The position numbers and the translations under genes are program-made. The notes under the pieces were generated by a model. That model worked only from the letters and a program-made list of their open reading frames with translations, was not told the origin of the DNA and searched no databases. A stretch of 63,300 nucleotides of DNA, filler included, from Ministeria vibrans ATCC 50519 (taxonomy: Eukaryota; Protista; Filasterea): NCBI GenBank assembly GCA_943704425.1. It is 9 parts of 9 records of this genome, joined end to end, with 100 filler letters (N's around TTAATTAATTAA, not from the genome) between each part and the next. Parts side by side here need not be neighbours in the genome. Positions count along the whole stretch, not along the records: positions 1 to 2,131 come from CALSCP010001469.1; positions 2,232 to 22,235 come from CALSCP010002242.1; 7 more parts are not named here. One strand, written 5' to 3'. Positions 1 to 17,829 of the stretch are shown one piece after another (within the stretch, counting starts at the first letter, position 1; every line of letters begins with the position of its first letter).

Positions 1-103
1 GATTAGGATCGCATGGTTGTTGTTGTGTGCAACTTGAAGCTTTTCGTGTTTGCTTTAGTCATGAAGAAAAAAAAGGGAAAAGCGCTCACAAACGATTTGT
101 ATA

Positions 104-324
104 GTGCGTCATTTTGGCACGGAGGGACGACGTGCGGGTGTGGGGGAGGTGGCACCGAGCACGGAGGTGTACGAGTACATTGTGTTCCGCGGGGCGGACA
201 TCAAAGACCTGCAGGTGTGCGAAGCGCCCAAGGCGGCTGAGGCCAAGGTAAGCGAGGGGCTCAGGAGGCGAAGGGGGCGTCTGCTGCGCCGTCTTCGTGC
301 GCTGCTGTCTGACTCTTGTGTGTG

Positions 325-399
<75 letters not shown>

Positions 400-1483
400 C
401 TAGCAGCAGCCCAGTCTGCTACCGACGCCGCAGCAGCAGATGGAGCAGCAGCGGGCGAGAGCGCAGCAGCAGGCGCAGCAGCAGGCGCAGCAGCAGCAGG
501 CGCAGCAGCACCAACAGCGCCAGCAGCACCAACAGCAACGCTCGGCACAGCGTACTGCAGGAGCGCCGCCCCGTTCGACGGTTCTTCCTGAAGACACTCG
601 CAAAGATTTCGATTTTGAAGCGGCCAATGCCAAGTTGAAGAAGGACGAGCTGATGGCAGAGTTTGCCAAACTGAAGCTGGGTGAGGGTGCTGCTGCAGCC
701 GCGGAGGCTGGCGAAGATGCAGAGGGCGGCAGTGGTGCTGCTGCCGAGGCCACTGTGGTGATTCCACCTCCCGAAGAGTTCTATGACAAGTCAAAGTCGT
801 TTTTTGACGACATTTCGTGTGATCTCAAAGACCGCGCGTCGAACACGGGACGGTAAGTGAGCGCTTGGTGAAAGGGCAGTGTTTTTGTGGTGTGTGATGG
901 TGGTGATAGGGCGTGTGAGTGAGTGAGTGAGTGTGTGAGTGAGTGAGTGTGTGAGGGAGTGAGTATGTGAGTGAGTGTGTGAGGGAGTGAGTGTGCGAGT
1001 GAGTGAGTGTGTGAGTGAGTGTGTGAGTGAGTGAGTGAGTGAGTGAGTGAGTGAGTGAGTGTGTGTGTGTGTATCGTGTTTTTTTTTGAATGTCTTTGTG
1101 GTGTGCGTGTGTGTGATGACAAATGATGTGTGCGTAGACGATACAACCGCCGGGATGACCGACAGCTGAACTCGGAAACGTTTGGCGAAGCGGCGGTGCA
1201 GCAGGAGAGCCAGCGACGACGACAGCAGCAGCAGCAGCAGCGGGGAAGAGGGCGCGGGGGTGGCTACAGGGGCGGGTACAACGCTGGAGGAGGTGGTAAC
1301 AGTGGATATGGCGGGTACAGGGGTGGTGGTAATGGAGGGTACCGTGGTGGACGAGGCGGATACAGTGGAGGTCAGGGGTACCGCGGTGGTGGCAGTGGCA
1401 GTGGCAGTGGCAGTGGCAGTGGTGGGCACCGGAGGGGCGGGCGTACGACTGGGGGAACTGGCCGACCTGCTGATGATATGTAG
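104..1483 (+). CDS. LSM14: LSM14/Scd6/RAP55 P-body protein (5'-partial; exons ~104-247, 404-852, 1138-1483)
   Basis: LSm14 domain [24 protein letters not shown] motif ([10 protein letters not shown]), FFD box ([14 protein letters not shown]), TFG box (LNSETFG) and RGG tail; GT-AG introns keep the frame. Confidence 0.95.
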
Positions 1484-1666
1484 AGTGGAGCACCTAAAAA
1501 CAGTGAAAGACTGTCAAGTCAATAATTCAAAAAGAATAATAATCGACAACAGTTTACTTATAATGTGAACTTATTCAAGATTGATCTTTGAAGCAATTGT
1601 TAATTAATGTTAAAAAATAACAGTTAATATTTTTCCGCGGCGTCTTCTGTGTGGAATCTTGTCGGG

Positions 1667-1822
1667 ATGTCTACGTTGGCGGAGAGCAGACTCAAAGACG
1701 ATGTGGTTGTGATTGAGCGGCAGAAGAACACGGCCAGTATGGCCGCAGCAGCCGCCTGCACCATCTCATGGTTCACCCTCAACATCATCATTGCCAATGT
1801 GAACAAGTGGATCTTCTATCGG
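1667..1822 (+). CDS. Triose-phosphate/nucleotide-sugar transporter (SLC35E-like), N-terminal exon; remainder unresolved before the gap
   Basis: ISWFTLNIIIANVNKWIF matches the first TM helix motif of TPT-family transporters. Confidence 0.65.
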
Positions 1823-2054
1823 TCAGCGAGAAGTGTGTTGGATGCGAATCGAGACATTTTCCCCTTTTTTTTTCATCTTTGTAATCTTTTTTTTCAATGG
1901 ATGGCACATCTGGTCCATTCAACGCCCATGCGTCCCTTCTCCTCGCTTGCAATCTGCCCTCTCACGTGGCAGTGGTACTAATCCACGAGATGGCGTGGTG
2001 CACTACTCTTGGGATCTCTCCCATCTGCGTTGATTGAGTTTGAGAGAAACAAAG

Positions 2055-2131
<77 letters not shown>

Positions 2132-2231
2132 NNNNNNNNNNNNNNNNNNNNNNNNNNNNNNNNNNNNNNNNNNNNTTAATTAATTAANNNNNNNNNNNNN
2201 NNNNNNNNNNNNNNNNNNNNNNNNNNNNNNN
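2132..2231. other. Artificial contig spacer N-TTAATTAATTAA-N (also near 22280, 24460, 45471, 47812, 58262, 60048, 61834)
   Basis: The same all-frame-stop 12-mer flanked by ~44-nt N runs at every occurrence. Confidence 0.97.
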
Positions 2232-2395
<164 letters not shown>

Positions 2396-2504
2396 ATGAA
2401 CGCCAATGAACCTTTTTTTGTTTTGTTGAAATTGACAAAAATTAATCATATTTACGATTCAATCAATTATTCAATTTGTGTTATCGGAACTCTTCCCGCA
2501 CGAC

Positions 2505-4485
<1,981 letters not shown>

Positions 4486-4637
4486 TCTGTTCTCTTCGCG
4501 GCATTCTTTTGCTGTACACATCTTTACATTAATGTTTTTATTATTGTGTTTGTGTTTATTCATTGATTTCGATTATCAGACTCCATAAATCTCTATTCTC
4601 TCAAGTCTAATTCACTTTTGCTTTGTTTGCGCACGGG

Positions 4638-5503
4638 ATGCCTGGCTCCGACCCTTACGCTGGGAGGGATCAGTACCAGATCCAAGTGTCTGAGCTTGAG
4701 TTGGATCCCAAATCGTGTCGCGCCAAATGTCGGAAATGCTGTGAGCCGAGTGCCGCGCGTGTCGCCTTTGGCTTTGGCATTGCCGGCCTCAGTCTGATCG
4801 TGATAGCCGCAGTGTGTCTTCCGGCGCTCAACGGACTCGTCAACAACATCGTTGCAAGTGTACGAACGAGCCAAAAGGGTGTTCGCAGGGAGTTGTTTGG
4901 TTTTGGGGGTTTGGTCGTTGCGCCGTCGCTGTTCTCACTGCGTATGCCTTGCATTCGTCTGAACACCTTGTATCCAAGCCCATCCGCCACAAGCAGCCGT
5001 CTATTTCGCTACTCACGAGACCAACTATTTTTTTTTTCTGCTCCCCACTTTGTGTCGCGTCTCGTTTCGTCGCCCGTGGACTCGCAATTCACTAACACTC
5101 GACGAGATTGTAACTGGAAGAGTGGAGGCCACGCCTTTGGTGCGATGCGACTGGGGGTTGCGCTGTGTCTTGCGCCCTGTGTGTGCTGTTGTTCTGCTCG
5201 GCGGTTAGCTTGTGACCTCCTCTGAACCCCTGACCGCACACCCTACACTCGCCGCTGGCTGATATGTATGTGTATCGGTTGCGAGCGCCTTTTGCTGTGT
5301 CGATTTTGCCTTTCTGTGGCGAGTTGAGCCGAGTTTGCCTCTCACTTGTGTTTGTTTTGTGCGTGTGTCCGTAGAGCATCCAGTTGGACCAGCCTACACG
5401 CCGTCAATTCGACTTCTGGCAGAACTGGGGGGCCGACGCACCCTCCTACATGATGTTCTACATGTGGAACATCAACAATCCCGACGAAGTGAGTTCAGGC
5501 TTT

Positions 5504-5599
<96 letters not shown>

Positions 5600-6963
5600 C
5601 CTCTGAACCGCTGCGCACTATTTTTTAAGGTCCGAGAAGGACTCAAGGCAAACCTGACCATTCGCGGGACATATGTGTATCGAGAGTGGAAGACACGCAT
5701 TAATCTCACGTGGTACGATGAACGTGAAAAGCTCGGATTCCACCAGCGCTCCTACTACGAATTTCTTCCGGAAAACTCCACTGGTGAGGCAACCTGCATT
5801 GCAATGCATATGAGCTTCTTATCGATGGGTGTGTGTTTTTTGTCCGAGTGTAGGGCCTGATACAGAAATGGTAACGACAATCAACTTGCCGCTGCTGGGA
5901 GTGTTGTCGCGGGTCAAGGAAGGAGGAGTGATGGCAAAGCTGCTGGTGGAAGCCATTGCAAGCGTCGACGGCGAAGACCTTATCTACGAGAAGAGTGTGC
6001 GCGATCTGCTCTGGGGCTATGAGTGAGTTTTTCATTATGATTATATTTGTTGAAGAGAGAGGAGGGAGAGAGAAACGAAGAGAGAGTTTCAATGGGTGTG
6101 TGTTCATTTTAACTTTTATTTGCGTTGTAGGGATAAGCTGTTGAAACTGGTCCATAGGTTTGACTCGTCGGTTGATCCGGTATTCTCTCTTCAGGTGCAA
6201 ACAAAATGGATATAACTATATTGAGAGAAAGAAACCCATTCAATGCTTGAATATTTTGGTTGTGGTATTGAGTAGTTCAATAACAGCAAAGATGATCTGG
6301 ACCACGAATCAATTGTGTGGACTGGTCTCAATAATCTTGATAAGGTCGGGCAGAGGATATATATAGAGAGAAAACATACACTTTGAGTTGAGAGCTGAAG
6401 CCCATGTTGTTTCTTTCTCTCTTTCTTTCCTTTTTTTTTTTTTTTTTTTTTGTTTGTTTGTAGGTTCAGTATTATTACCAATGGAATGGAGTTCGCAACT
6501 TGAGTCAGCGACACTACTGGGGAAACGAATGGGCGAACATGATCAACGGAAGCGACGGAACACAGTAAGAGCAGCACAGACAGAGTGACATGACATATAT
6601 GTGTGTGTGTGTGTGATACCAGTGATCGTAATTGAGAGACTGTGTGAGTAAAATCGAGTGGCAGTGGGTGAGTGAGTATCAATGCACAAGTGAAAGTGAA
6701 CGAGTGACATTAACCTTCTTTTCTTTCTGTTTCTGACCAGGCTTGTCCCTCGCATGACGCCCGAGACGGTCCCGCCCGTGTGGGTTGATTCTATATACCG
6801 CAGTGTAACTCTGTCGTATCAGCATGATTCTCATGTCTACGGCATTCCCACCTACCGCTATACGATTTCCCCTGAGCTCTTCCGCAATGAGTCTCAGGGC
6901 AACTACGGTTGGTATGCGTATGGGCCTGCAGGCGTGCTCAACCTTACCAGTGTCCAAAGCGTA

Positions 6964-7059
<96 letters not shown>

Positions 7060-7671
7060 ACCTACTTTGTGTAGGCTCCTGTGTTTATCAGCAAACCACA
7101 TTTTCTCACGGCCGATCCGTACTACCTGTCGCTTGTTGACATTGCGCCGCCCGATCCGTACTGGGACGAGACGTGGATCGACTGCGAGCCGATCTCGGGT
7201 GCCACTGTCAACGCACAGAAGCGCATCCAGCTCAATGCCGAGGTGGAGCACATCAAAGACATTGAGAAGACCCACAAGATTGCTCATGCCTACATTCCTA
7301 TCTTCTTTGTCAACGAGGCAAGTTTTTCTCACCTTCATCCTTACCCTAACACTAGTTCTATTCAATAGACTGCGACCATCCCTCAACCGTTGGCCGCCGA
7401 ACTGAAATCATCCATGGTTGACGTCCTCCAAGGCTTCAACATCTTCCACTACGTTGCCTATGCCATTGGCGGCATCTTCCTTATCGTGTCCCTCGTCGGT
7501 CTCATTGTCATGCTACGCGCGTACGTCTCCCTCTATCTCTTTCACGTTATTTCTTTCTCACTCACTCACTCAATTTTGTCACCTCTTTTCGCCTCCTTTT
7601 TTTTGTACAGGAGACATCAAGGGCGTTTCTACTCGACTTTGGAAGAACATCAAAAGCTCGTTTCGTCGTGA
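4638..7671 (+). CDS. CD36/SCARB (LIMP-2-like) scavenger receptor, multi-exon
   Basis: N- and C-terminal TM helices; motifs FYMWNINNPDE, GTYVYRE, VRDLLWGY, INGSDGT, APVFISKPHF, IDCEPISG, KRIQLN. Confidence 0.92.
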
Positions 7672-7809
7672 TCTTTTCAACAGTAAAATTTTTCTCAGTC
7701 TATTAATGATAATAATTATCAAACGCAATAGTTTTGTTTGTTGTTTTTTTCTTTCATCAATAATTTTCAAATCCAAGCAAAATTTCAATCTCAAAGCCAT
7801 ATCTTCAAC

Positions 7810-10648
<2,839 letters not shown>

Positions 10649-10735
10649 TGCTACATTACTCTATAACTCGCGCGAGAAAGTGTATAATTGGTCATCAGTA
10701 TAATCAATATTGTCAGAGAATATGGGATGCGGTCG

Positions 10736-12171
10736 TTATTTGAGAGGCGAGCACTCCATTGGGTTCAGAATGCGCGAGTTCATAGTGCGGATCAGGGGAA
10801 CTAACAAAAGACAGCGAGTGAGTGAGTTGGTGAGAGCGGGGCGGGGAATGGACACTGACTGGTATTGGTGACGGTCGCAGCCCATCCATCAATACGCCAC
10901 GCAGCCTCTCGTGTCATCTTGCGCGTGGTCAGGTCTGGATACGCCCACATGTGATGCACTTGGCTGAGGTCCCCAAGCTGGTTGAACCACGCAGCTGCAT
11001 ACACAACGCCATATCAGCATAAAGTAACAGCACATACACATACACACACACTCCTCTTCTGTCTGACCAATGGGCTCGCACAACTGCCGACGGCACTCAA
11101 GTCCCTTGCGCCACTCGTTCTCCCACAAGAGCAGCGAACCTGGCTTGAGTGTATAGCTGCGCAGTTCGTACACTCCCCCTTCCTGTTCCGGCATTTGGTA
11201 TTCCCAGAACTTAAATGCCAACATAATGTTGGAAGTGCGCGCGCGCAACATGGGACGCAGGGCCCTCTGAAACGCATTGTACTCCTGCAAGCTACCGTCA
11301 GCTCCTCCTCCCTTTTGCTCACTTGATGTATATATTTTGTGTGTGTGTGTGTGTGTGTGCGTGTGTGTGTGTGTGTGTGTCCGTGTGGGAGTATTTGAGT
11401 GTACCGGGCACTGTGACAGAATAGTGTAGGCACTTTGGTAGCCATCGTAGCCGCTGTAGTCAAAGACGTGAACTAAGAGACGCAACAATAAACAACCAGG
11501 TATGATTTTGCATGCGTCCCATTACCCCCTTGATCCATGTCACCCGTCAAGGATGACCAACTGCCAAGAAGGCGCACCTTGTGCTTGGACAAGTCCAAAG
11601 TCGAGTAATATCCGTTTCTGAGCACAAAAAGAACAATAATTAATAATAATAATATAGTAATAGTAATAGTAGTAATAATAAGATTGGTATCATGGTGATG
11701 CAGATTCACTGCTGCTTACACAAGCTTGGTGTACTCCTCGAAGTACTCGGGCTTCACCGAGTGCACCTGCATTTCACTCAGCTGATTCTGCTTCGCGGCC
11801 GTGGCGGACTGCGTGTTGGGCTGGACGAACGAGAGAGGCATGATCAGGCGACACACACACAGACACACACACACAGAGAGAGAGAGAGACACACACACAC
11901 AAATCGAGACAGTACGGCCAGACGGGGCGCGTCGCGTCTCGCTCCAACCCCATCACATACCGCGTCGTCGTCCTCGTCGAATCCATGCAGCAGGTTGTGC
12001 ATCAGCGTCTTCCGTCCCCTGAGACAAAGCGAAAGACCATTGACAAGTTCAGCGAGACAGATCAGCACCTCCATCACGCATCTTGCCATACATCCATGCC
12101 GCCGCCGAGGTGTGGACTAGACGGCGAGAACTCAGTGTTGAGACTGCTGTCAGGCGAGATAACAGCGACAT
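10736..12171 (-). CDS. NIPSNAP: NipSnap family mitochondrial protein, multi-exon
   Basis: [36 protein letters not shown]-terminal [13 protein letters not shown]; presequence-like N-terminus [10 protein letters not shown]. Confidence 0.92.
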
Positions 12172-12302
12172 CACAGTCCGATGAGGGTTCAAATTTTGGT
12201 GTTGAAATTTGAAAATTGAAAATTGACAAAAATATTTTGTTGATCCTTCAAAAAAAACAACAGTGAGATCAACTGAAAGTGAAACCACATAATTTTCAAT
12301 AG

Positions 12303-13787
12303 ATGTCAAGAAAATCTGTCGCCAATACGGTGGCGCAGACATTACGTCAGTTTCAGACGATTCGGTACGCTCACTGGGAGTAGTTTCACGCACAGTTTGC
12401 ACTCACATCTAACCCTAACCCTAACCCTAACCCTAACGCCAGCACTGGCTTCGATGGTTGCGTCGGCGTCACTCCACTGGTGGAGCTTCGAGGGTAGGCT
12501 ACACGTGAGTACTATACAGCTGTAGCGGATGTGGTGTAGGCCAAGCGAAGAGGCAGGATGTCGGATCGTCGCCAAGGCAGAGATGCTCAACGCCGGAGGA
12601 AGCGTCAAAGATCGTGCGGCGCTCTATCTCATCAAAGTAGACAGATTTGCTGCTTGGTGTCTGGGCTCTATAACATACATATGTGTGTGTGTGTGTGTGT
12701 GTGTGTTAGGATGCCGAGGAGAAGGGACTGCTCCTCCCTGGCGGGACAGTGGTCGAGGGCACAGCGGGCAACACAGGCATTGGTAGCTCTCGCTCGCTCT
12801 CTCTCTCATACGCTCACACAACATTGTTTTTTGGCTTCTTTCTTTCTTCTTGTTTGTATCAGGTCTGGCACACGTGTGCAATGCGCGAGGATACAAGTGT
12901 GTGATTTTCATGCCAAACACACAGTCGGCGGAGAAGGTTGCGGCTCTGCGAATTCTCGGGGCTCAAGTGCACACTGTGCCGGCCGTGCCCTTTGCCAACG
13001 AACAAAACTACAACCACCAGGCGCGTCGCTGGGCCGACGAGCACGACAATGCCGTCTGGACCAACCAGGTATCAATGTTGCGCTCCTACTATTGAAGATT
13101 GAAGAACCATCGTACTTAGTTTGACAATACGGCGAATCGTCTGGCTCACTACGCAACGACGGGGCCCGAGCTGTGGGCGCAGACGGACGGGGCTGTGACA
13201 GCGTTTACGTGTGCGACGGGGACGGGTGGCACGCTGCACGGGACGGCGCAGTACCTCAAGGAGGTGTCGGACGGGCGAGTGCGCACTGTGCTCGCTGACC
13301 CGCCAGGCTCTGTTCTCTACGAGTGGGTGACGCGCGGCGAGCTCGTGCGCACGGGCGACGGGTCTGTGACAGAGGGCATTGGGCAGGGGCGTGTCACCGA
13401 CAACCTGCGCGGTGCCCCCATCGACGACGCCGTGCACATCCCCGACAGCGAGAGTGTCGCGACCGCCTTCCGCCTCCTCCACCGCGACGGCTTCTTTGTG
13501 GGCCTCTCGTCTGCCCTCAATGTTGCCGCTGCCATACGCGTCGGTCGGACCCTCAACCATCGCTCTGCCATTGTCGCCACTATTCTTTGCGATTCCGGAA
13601 CGGTAAAAAGATCAATATTTTTTTTTGTTTCTCTTCTTCTTCTTCTAATTGTCCCTCTGTCTGTTCCTCTGCCACCCTCAACCCTCAGCGGTACGCCTCG
13701 AAAATGTGCAGCAAAGGATGGCTGGAGAAAAATGATTTGCTCAAAGCAGTTCCAGAGGAGTATCATTCGTCCATTCCTTTTGAATAA
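12303..13787 (+). CDS. Cysteine synthase (O-acetylserine sulfhydrylase, PLP-dependent), multi-exon
   Basis: [22 protein letters not shown] (PLP lysine), [29 protein letters not shown]. Confidence 0.95.
12409..12437 (+). repeat. (CCCTAA)n telomere-type tract in intron 1 of cysteine synthase
   Basis: CTAACCCTAACCCTAACCCTAACCCTAAC lies just before the 3' AG at 12441-12442. Confidence 0.95.
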
Positions 13788-13995
13788 ATTGCGCCTGAGC
13801 GCCTCTCAGCAATAAGTCAGCATTCTCTCTTCACGCGGTGTCTTGATTCGTCAATCTTTGTCATCTTTCTTGTCACTCGATTTTTTGCTTGTATCACAGA
13901 TCAGAATCATTATAAGAATTTTTTTACGATTATTTTATTGAAATTATTTCTTTGCCGCGCCCATACTATAGTATAGTATATAAATACATAGTGCA

Positions 13996-15830
13996 ATGCC
14001 TGTAGATGTCTCTTTTGATAGACTCCGCGTACGTCGTCGTTTTGTATGTGGGACGTCGTAACAATTGTATTGTTTTTGATTCTCAGGACGCAGCACGCGA
14101 GCGCTGGGGCCATCTGACGGTGATCAGCGTTGACACTGTGTTCCTGGAGTATGTACACGTGATGATCTCGAACGGCAAGAGTCCGCGCAAGCTGCAAGAG
14201 GATTTGTCGGTGTTCCTCGAGGACGACACGGACGCCTTCTGCGAATGGCTTACAGACGCACTCGCGACGACGGCGCTTGCCGGCAGCCCGCCCGCGCCTG
14301 CCGCAGCGACGAAGCAGGAGGCGCGGAGGCCGTCGGGGTCGTCGCAGAGCGAGCCAGCGCCACAGTCGGAAATCCATCGGGAGACGCGAAGACGTCCGGC
14401 CAACGAACAGACCGCACGCGCCTCAACGCGCCTTGTCGCCAGCGCCGTCAGCGAGGCCGTGGAAAGTAGCACCCAGTCGAGCAACTCTCGGGCCGCGGTC
14501 ACTCGCAAGGGTCGCGATCTAAAGAGGTAAAAGAGAAACGAGAAACGAGAAACGAAAACGACGCAGAAAAGGGCCCTTGTGCTGATATCAGTGTGTTTTG
14601 CCCACAGTCGCATTGGACCGGTGAAGCGAACGCACCAGGACCTCAAGGACAGCCATGACGGCGGTGACCACAGCACTGGAGCACTGCCAAGCAGTGTGCC
14701 GGCTCGTCTGCGCGGACGATTGGGTGAAGTGCCACAGCAGAGAATGGATGAACGCACGGAAGAATACGAATATGAACAGGAGGAAGAAGAAGGAGAAGAG
14801 GAAGAGGTGGGCTACGACGAAGGGTCGCGCAAGCGAGCCAAGACTACCGGGCAGCAGCAACGGTGTTCGTTCTGGCCCGCATGCACCAAACAGGACTGTC
14901 CCTTTGTGCATCCCACTCAAGTGTGCAAGTATGTCATTTCCCACAATAGAGTGATGTAGAGCCACGTCTCAGGGGCTAATGGTGTCTCTGCGGGTGTGTA
15001 GATTATTCCCCAAGTGCCCGTATGGCGATCGCAAGTGTCTCTTTGTCCATCCGGCTGTGCCCTGTCGCTTTGGGGTCCTCTGCACAAATCCAAACTGTAG
15101 ATTTGCTCATCCGCCCAAACAGAAGCACAGACGTAATACAATGAGAGGGGGAAAGAGAGCGCGCGCGAGAGAGAAGAAGAAAAAAATGATACATGTTTGT
15201 GTAGCGAGTGTGCGTGCGGCTCCTCCTACCTCCAAACCTACTCCCCAGTTCCAGTAAGAGATAGATATATAGATAGAGAGAGAGAGAAGGGAGAAAGAAA
15301 CAAAGTGATAGAGAGAAAGAAACAAAGTGATAGAGAGAAAGAAACAAAGTGATAGGAAGAGAGAGAGAGAGAGAGAGATTCACTCGCACGTTGACTGACT
15401 TGACTGACTGTCTCCAGACTCTGTCGGTTTGGCCCAGCATGCACCCGCCCCGCCTGTCCCTTTCAGCACCTTCAAAAGGCAACTGCTCCCACCGCAGAGA
15501 CACCCGACACCTCCACTAGCGCTACCAGCAGTGTCTTGTGTCGCTTCCACCCTCACTGCTCCCGTCGCCCTGCCTGCCCCTTCCTTCACCCGACGTCGTC
15601 CTCGCGCCACAAGAGCCTCCTCCTCGTCAACAACCGACCTCATGCAATCACAGACAAGCCACCGCAGCAGCTCATTCCCGCTGTACTCACACACACAAAA
15701 TAATATATTTAAAGATAAAGAGGAGATTATGCACATACTCACACACTCATTCCCACTCTCTGTATGTGTGCAGGAGAGCGAGCCGCAAAATGTCGACAAG
15801 AGTGCCGCTTTTATTCCTCTCTCCGAATGA
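13996..15830 (+). CDS. Nab2/ZC3H14-like poly(A)-binding CCCH zinc-finger protein
   Basis: PWI-like N-terminus (FLEYVHVMISNGKS...LSVFLEDDTDAFCEWL) and tandem CCCH fingers such as CSFWPACTKQDCPFVHP and CRFGVLCTNPNCRFAHP. Confidence 0.85.
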
Positions 15831-15934
15831 ACATAGTTTCCCTCTTTTGACATTGCATAAAAATATTTTTCTGCATTCTCTCCTTAATTTTTTTTTTAGT
15901 TGTTGTTGCTGTTGATACACAAATCGCACAGGTT

Positions 15935-16728
15935 TCACGCGCGGCCCACCTTGATACGGCGGGGGCCCAACGGCTCGACCTTGGGCTCCTTCTTCTTGGG
16001 CTTGGCCTCCGAGTCGCCCATCAGCAGCCCCATCACGCCTTGCTCCTGCAGTGCCTCCTGCTGCTCCTTCATCTCGGGCGAGTCGGTCAGCTTGGGCATC
16101 AGAAACATCATCCCTCCCATGAAGACCTATCAACCAACAAGATGGGGAGGGGGTGAGTGGAGAGTTGTACGAGGTGCTCCCTAAGTACCAGAGAGAGCAT
16201 CATGGGATTCATGAGAATCGATCGGATGTTGAAGCTCTCGCGAGGCACAAAGTAGTTTGTGCGCGCAAGAGCCGTCCAGACGAGCGGCTGCGGGAGGTTC
16301 TTGCCGGCCGTCGTGCCGGCAATCAGGTTGGCAACACGAGCGCGCACGCGTCCCTTGTGCGTTGCGCTCACTTCGATGCGGATCGCCTCAAACACAAACG
16401 ACGGACTCTAAGAAGGGACACGACAGAGCAAAATAATATGATTTTTGAGCCAAAGTCACTTTCAGTGGCAGTTCCAAGCCCATACCTCCACCTCCAGATA
16501 GTGCAGTCCAACGGGGAGGTCGTCGACAACGAACTCGCCACCTGGGCGAACGTACGCCACGCGTGCCCCGCCGTCAATGAGAATGCGAGTGTGGCTCTCC
16601 CAACCCGTCCCGTCGCCACCCAGCGCCGCAGGCACCGCCAGCGTCCCCGCCAGCACCCCCGACGCAGTCGTCTCCGTGCCCTGCGCAACGACTATCGCAG
16701 CTGCGACGACAACAAGGTATCGTAGCAT
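15935..16728 (-). CDS. EMC7: ER membrane protein complex subunit 7
   Basis: Signal peptide; AYVRPGGEFVVDDLPVGLHYLEV, FEAIRIEVS, YFVPRESFNIRSILMNPMML, LMPKL..DSPEMKE. Confidence 0.9.
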
Positions 16729-16928
16729 GTTTTATTATATACGAGAAATCACTGAATTAATTTGGGACTTTGCGAGACGATCAGTCGTGACGAAACGAAT
16801 TAGTCGAGCACTCGCGTCGAGTCGCCTCACTTCACACTTGCGTGTCTAGTCTTTTTTCTTCTGGTTTGTTTCGGATCGAAGTGAACCGCCTGCCGACCCT
16901 TGGTGCCGCGCAAGTCTCTCTGTTCAGA

Positions 16929-17504
16929 ATGCTCAACGCACGACAGGCGAGTCGATCAGTCGTTGCGCTGACTCGACTCTCGCCGCTCCACACGACCGCC
17001 GCAGCCGCCAGGAAGGTCCGGCGACAGCCGCCCCGGTTTGAGACGACAGTGGTGTGGACCGATGGCTCCAGTACTAAGGAAATGGTGAGTGTCCATTCCA
17101 CTTTCAAATCAATCCTTTTTTTTCTTTTTCTTTTTTTTCTTCTTTTTTCTTCAACTGTCCTTTTTCGCACTCTTGCAGCTCACCAGGAGACGGACCGAGC
17201 CTGTATTCTATGCCAAATGTCCCAAAAACATCTGGCCGTACGTGAAAACGGAGGATGTCTATGTCGAGTCTGTGAAGGAGACCAAGTAAGAGCGACTCAC
17301 TCTAACCCTAACCCTAACCCTAACCCTAACGCCATGGATAGGTTTCGCCAGCAACACGGGACGACGGAGAACTTGGAGAAGGAGATTCTTGCCTCCTTTG
17401 ATCAGTCTATCCACAAGGAGATTGTGGACACGGCGCACAAGGCTAGAGGGGCGGAGAAGGGGCAGAAGGAGCAGAAGGGGCAGAAGGGGGACAAGGAGAG
17501 CTAG
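16929..17504 (+). CDS. Probable mitochondrial ribosomal protein bL31m (MRPL36-like), 3 exons
   Basis: Arg/Ser-rich presequence; FETTVVWTDGSS resembles the bL31m 'xxxDGST' motif; spliced frame is continuous. Confidence 0.55.
   Translation: MLNARQASRSVVALTRLSPLHTTAAAARKVRRQPPRFETTVVWTDGSSTKEMVSVHSTFKSILFFLFLFFLLFSSTVLFRTLAAHQETDRACILCQMSQKHLAVRENGGCLCRVCEGDQVRATHSNPNPNPNPNAMDRFRQQHGTTENLEKEILASFDQSIHKEIVDTAHKARGAEKGQKEQKGQKGDKES
17302..17330 (+). repeat. (CCCTAA)n telomere-type tract in the last intron of the bL31m-like gene
   Basis: Identical 29-nt tract before the 3' AG at 17340-17341. Confidence 0.95.
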
Positions 17505-17829
17505 ATGCTTTCCACAATGTATACAAATACAACTATGCACGTCATACACTGACACTCACACATACACACAGAGACACGCACATATACACACACACACCAC
17601 AAAGACATACAATACCACACACACATACAAACATACATACATGGAACATACACACACACACACATACAAACATACATACATAGTACATACACACATACAT
17701 ACATTACACATCGACACGCAGGCGCGCTTTCTATATTCTCTTTTGATGAAGACATTAGACGTAAGAAGGGTCATTTCACTTTTTCCGATCCCAAATTGTA
17801 ATAATTAAGTTTTTAATCAAATAAATTGG

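Noticed and set aside
261-1493. Many low-complexity ORFs (HTHT, SLSL, ERER, CVCV) across the window
   Set aside because: Translations of intronic (CA)n, (GA)n and (GAGT)n microsatellites.
2176-2187. Repeated TTAATTAATTAA between N runs as a biological repeat
   Set aside because: It is an assembly spacer with stops in all frames; cathepsin C continues across one of them.
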